Assembly (NCBI GenBank): GCA_965235115.1
Contig: OZ249436.1
Coordinates: forward strand, 1,552,001-1,616,000
DNA: 64,000 bases
From: Laetmonice hystrix
Lineage: Eukaryota
Direction of reading: 5' to 3'
Positions 62,277-64,000 of the stretch are shown here, one piece after another. How positions within the stretch are numbered: position 1 is the first letter of the stretch; each line of letters opens with the position of its first letter. The notes beneath the pieces are model-generated. The model worked only from the letters and a program-made list of their open reading frames with translations. It made no database searches and was not told the DNA's origin. The translations under genes and the position numbers were made by a program.

Positions 62277-63580
62277 TCAAGGGATTCGTCGGCTGGGTCG
62301 TTCTTCTCCATCTCCACCGAAACGTCGGCTGGGTCGCTGTTCTCCATCTCCTCCGAAACGTCGGCTGGGTCGTTCTTCTCCATCTCCACCGAAACGTCGG
62401 CTGGGTCGCTGTTCTCCATCTCCACCGAAACGTCCACGGCGAGGTCGCTCCTGTCCATCACCACGTCGGCAAGGACCCCTGGCAGGCAGGATCTCTTTGA
62501 GGTCACACCCCTGGTTGTCATCCTCTTCATCATCCAGGATAGAATCCTCATCATCTTCCTCATCCTCGCCCTCATCCTCGCCCTCATCTTCCTCATCTTG
62601 CTCGTCACCGAATGGGTCAATAGACTCCTCGTCCTCCTCCGAGGATGATCCAAACAATGGGTTCTCGGGAACACAGATGGACAGCTCGATGTCAGACCTC
62701 GAACGTCGCAGCTGTACACAGCTCAGGTCTCCTGGGCAGGCTTTCTCTACAAGTGTTTCTCCAGTCGTTCTGTTCACCTTCTTGCATACCTGAGGAGGAA
62801 AGAGATGACGATTAAAATGAATGCATGTACTTGGCATAGTAAGGATAATGACGTGTTGACTAAAAGGCTAGAATATTCCGACTTTCTGGCAACTGCATGG
62901 GAATAGGCTTAAATCCGTGGATTGGGTTAATCCTGAGACTAATTCTGTTCTTGCATACGGCTAAAATAACATTTCCTGAAAAATAATGCGGGGGGGGGGG
63001 GCAGAATCCCTAAAAATGTGCCCTGCTTCCCGAACCCCTGATCCGCCACTGATATCGGTAAGTTCGCTTTCAGTGTTATCTCATTGTTATAGTCAGTTGA
63101 TAAAATTAGCGCCATGGGGCACTAGCTTTGTTTTATAATGTCTCATGAGCAACAATGAATTAAGCGTCTAACGAAGCTCGAAATACGCCCTACCTGTGGC
63201 TTGCAGACGTGGATTTCTAGATCTCCAAAGGGACCCTTCTTGTTGATTGGAGAGCAGGTCAGGTTCCGTGGACAGGTTGTTTCACATAGCACAACGTCTG
63301 AGGTAATGTTCTTCACAAGGCACCCCATGGGTCGGTGATGATGGCGGTGACCGGGCCGAGGGAACCTGTGCCGGTCAGACTCCCCGGCGTCCTGCTCATC
63401 ACCCCGGCTAGGCCGGCCACCCTGTGAGGGCGATCCCTGGCGGCCTCCCAGCCGGCCTCCCGCCGGCGGTGGCCCCGGCCGCCTCCCCGGCCTCCCTCCC
63501 CGGGGTCGGCCCGAGACGTCGTGGATGGCCAGTATCACCAGCACCGCCGCTATCAAACAAACTACCAACGTCGCCTTCAT
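62277..63580 (-). CDS. secreted repeat protein, copy 6 (299 aa, ~4 repeats, extra GEDE in the acidic tract)
   Basis: exons 63580-63194 and 62789-62277; exon-1 donor at ~63984-63989, promoter beyond the window. Confidence 0.88.
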
Positions 63581-64000
63581 CTTCTGGAATACAAACAGTG
63601 GCAGATAGTACATTTGTAATAATATTATCTGACGTACGGTGTCCCCATACAAACAGTGGTACATGAGTTATACGGTGTGACCCATTAACCCATACAAACA
63701 GTGGCACATAGTACATTTGTAATAATATTATCTGACTTACAGTGTCCCCATACAAACAGTGGTAGGCCTACATAATCTGAGTTACGACGTGGCCCATTAA
63801 CCCATACAAACAGTGGCACATCTCAGTTACGGTATCCTCTGGCCTTGGTTCGTTTAGACGTGAACTAAAAGTTAAGGCCTTTAGGCCTACATGTCAGGGG
63901 GAAAGACGGTCAACGTATCACTGAAGCCTATAGAATGTAACTAATGTTAAGTAAATGAAATAATAAATGAAAAGCTCTATTTAACTTACCGAAAGTGTTC

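Larger units (their letters stand above)
24265..64000 (-). repeat. tandem segmental array of [type-B coiled-coil gene - secreted repeat gene - type-A coiled-coil gene - GA microsatellite], 6 units, continuing past the window
   Basis: type-B gene stops at 24799, 34325, 41279, 47714, 54246 and 60479 (period 9526, 6954, 6435, 6532, 6233 bp); intergenic DNA is also homologous. Confidence 0.97.

Overview
Eukaryotic (invertebrate-animal-like) genomic DNA. About 1-17 kb is mostly non-coding: a 4.7-kb 35/38-bp satellite, several minisatellites and nested MITEs. At 17.6-21.4 kb is a 7-coding-exon snurportin-1 (SNUPN) gene on the minus strand with an unusual RG-rich C-terminal extension. From about 24.3 kb to the window end is a tandem array (period about 6.2-9.5 kb, 6 units, all genes on the minus strand) that interleaves two unrelated gene families. 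(i) Twelve copies of an intronless, TATA-driven 106-aa helical/coiled-coil protein gene that is not a histone. Every copy ends, 30 nt after the stop, in a replication-dependent-histone-type 3' stem-loop (GGCCCT-TGTC-AGGGCC-ACAC) followed by a purine-rich, HDE-like AAGAGA. (ii) Six copies of a spliced, AATAAA-terminated gene for a secreted protein with a signal peptide, Gly/Arg/Pro and His tracts, two RGD motifs, two 4-Cys modules, an acidic tract and a copy-number-variable 12-aa GGDGEERPSRRF repeat, architecturally reminiscent of sea-urchin Transformer (185/333) genes. The main candidate novelty is a non-histone gene family that appears to use the SLBP/U7 histone 3'-end pathway. This is an inference from sequence and needs RNA evidence.
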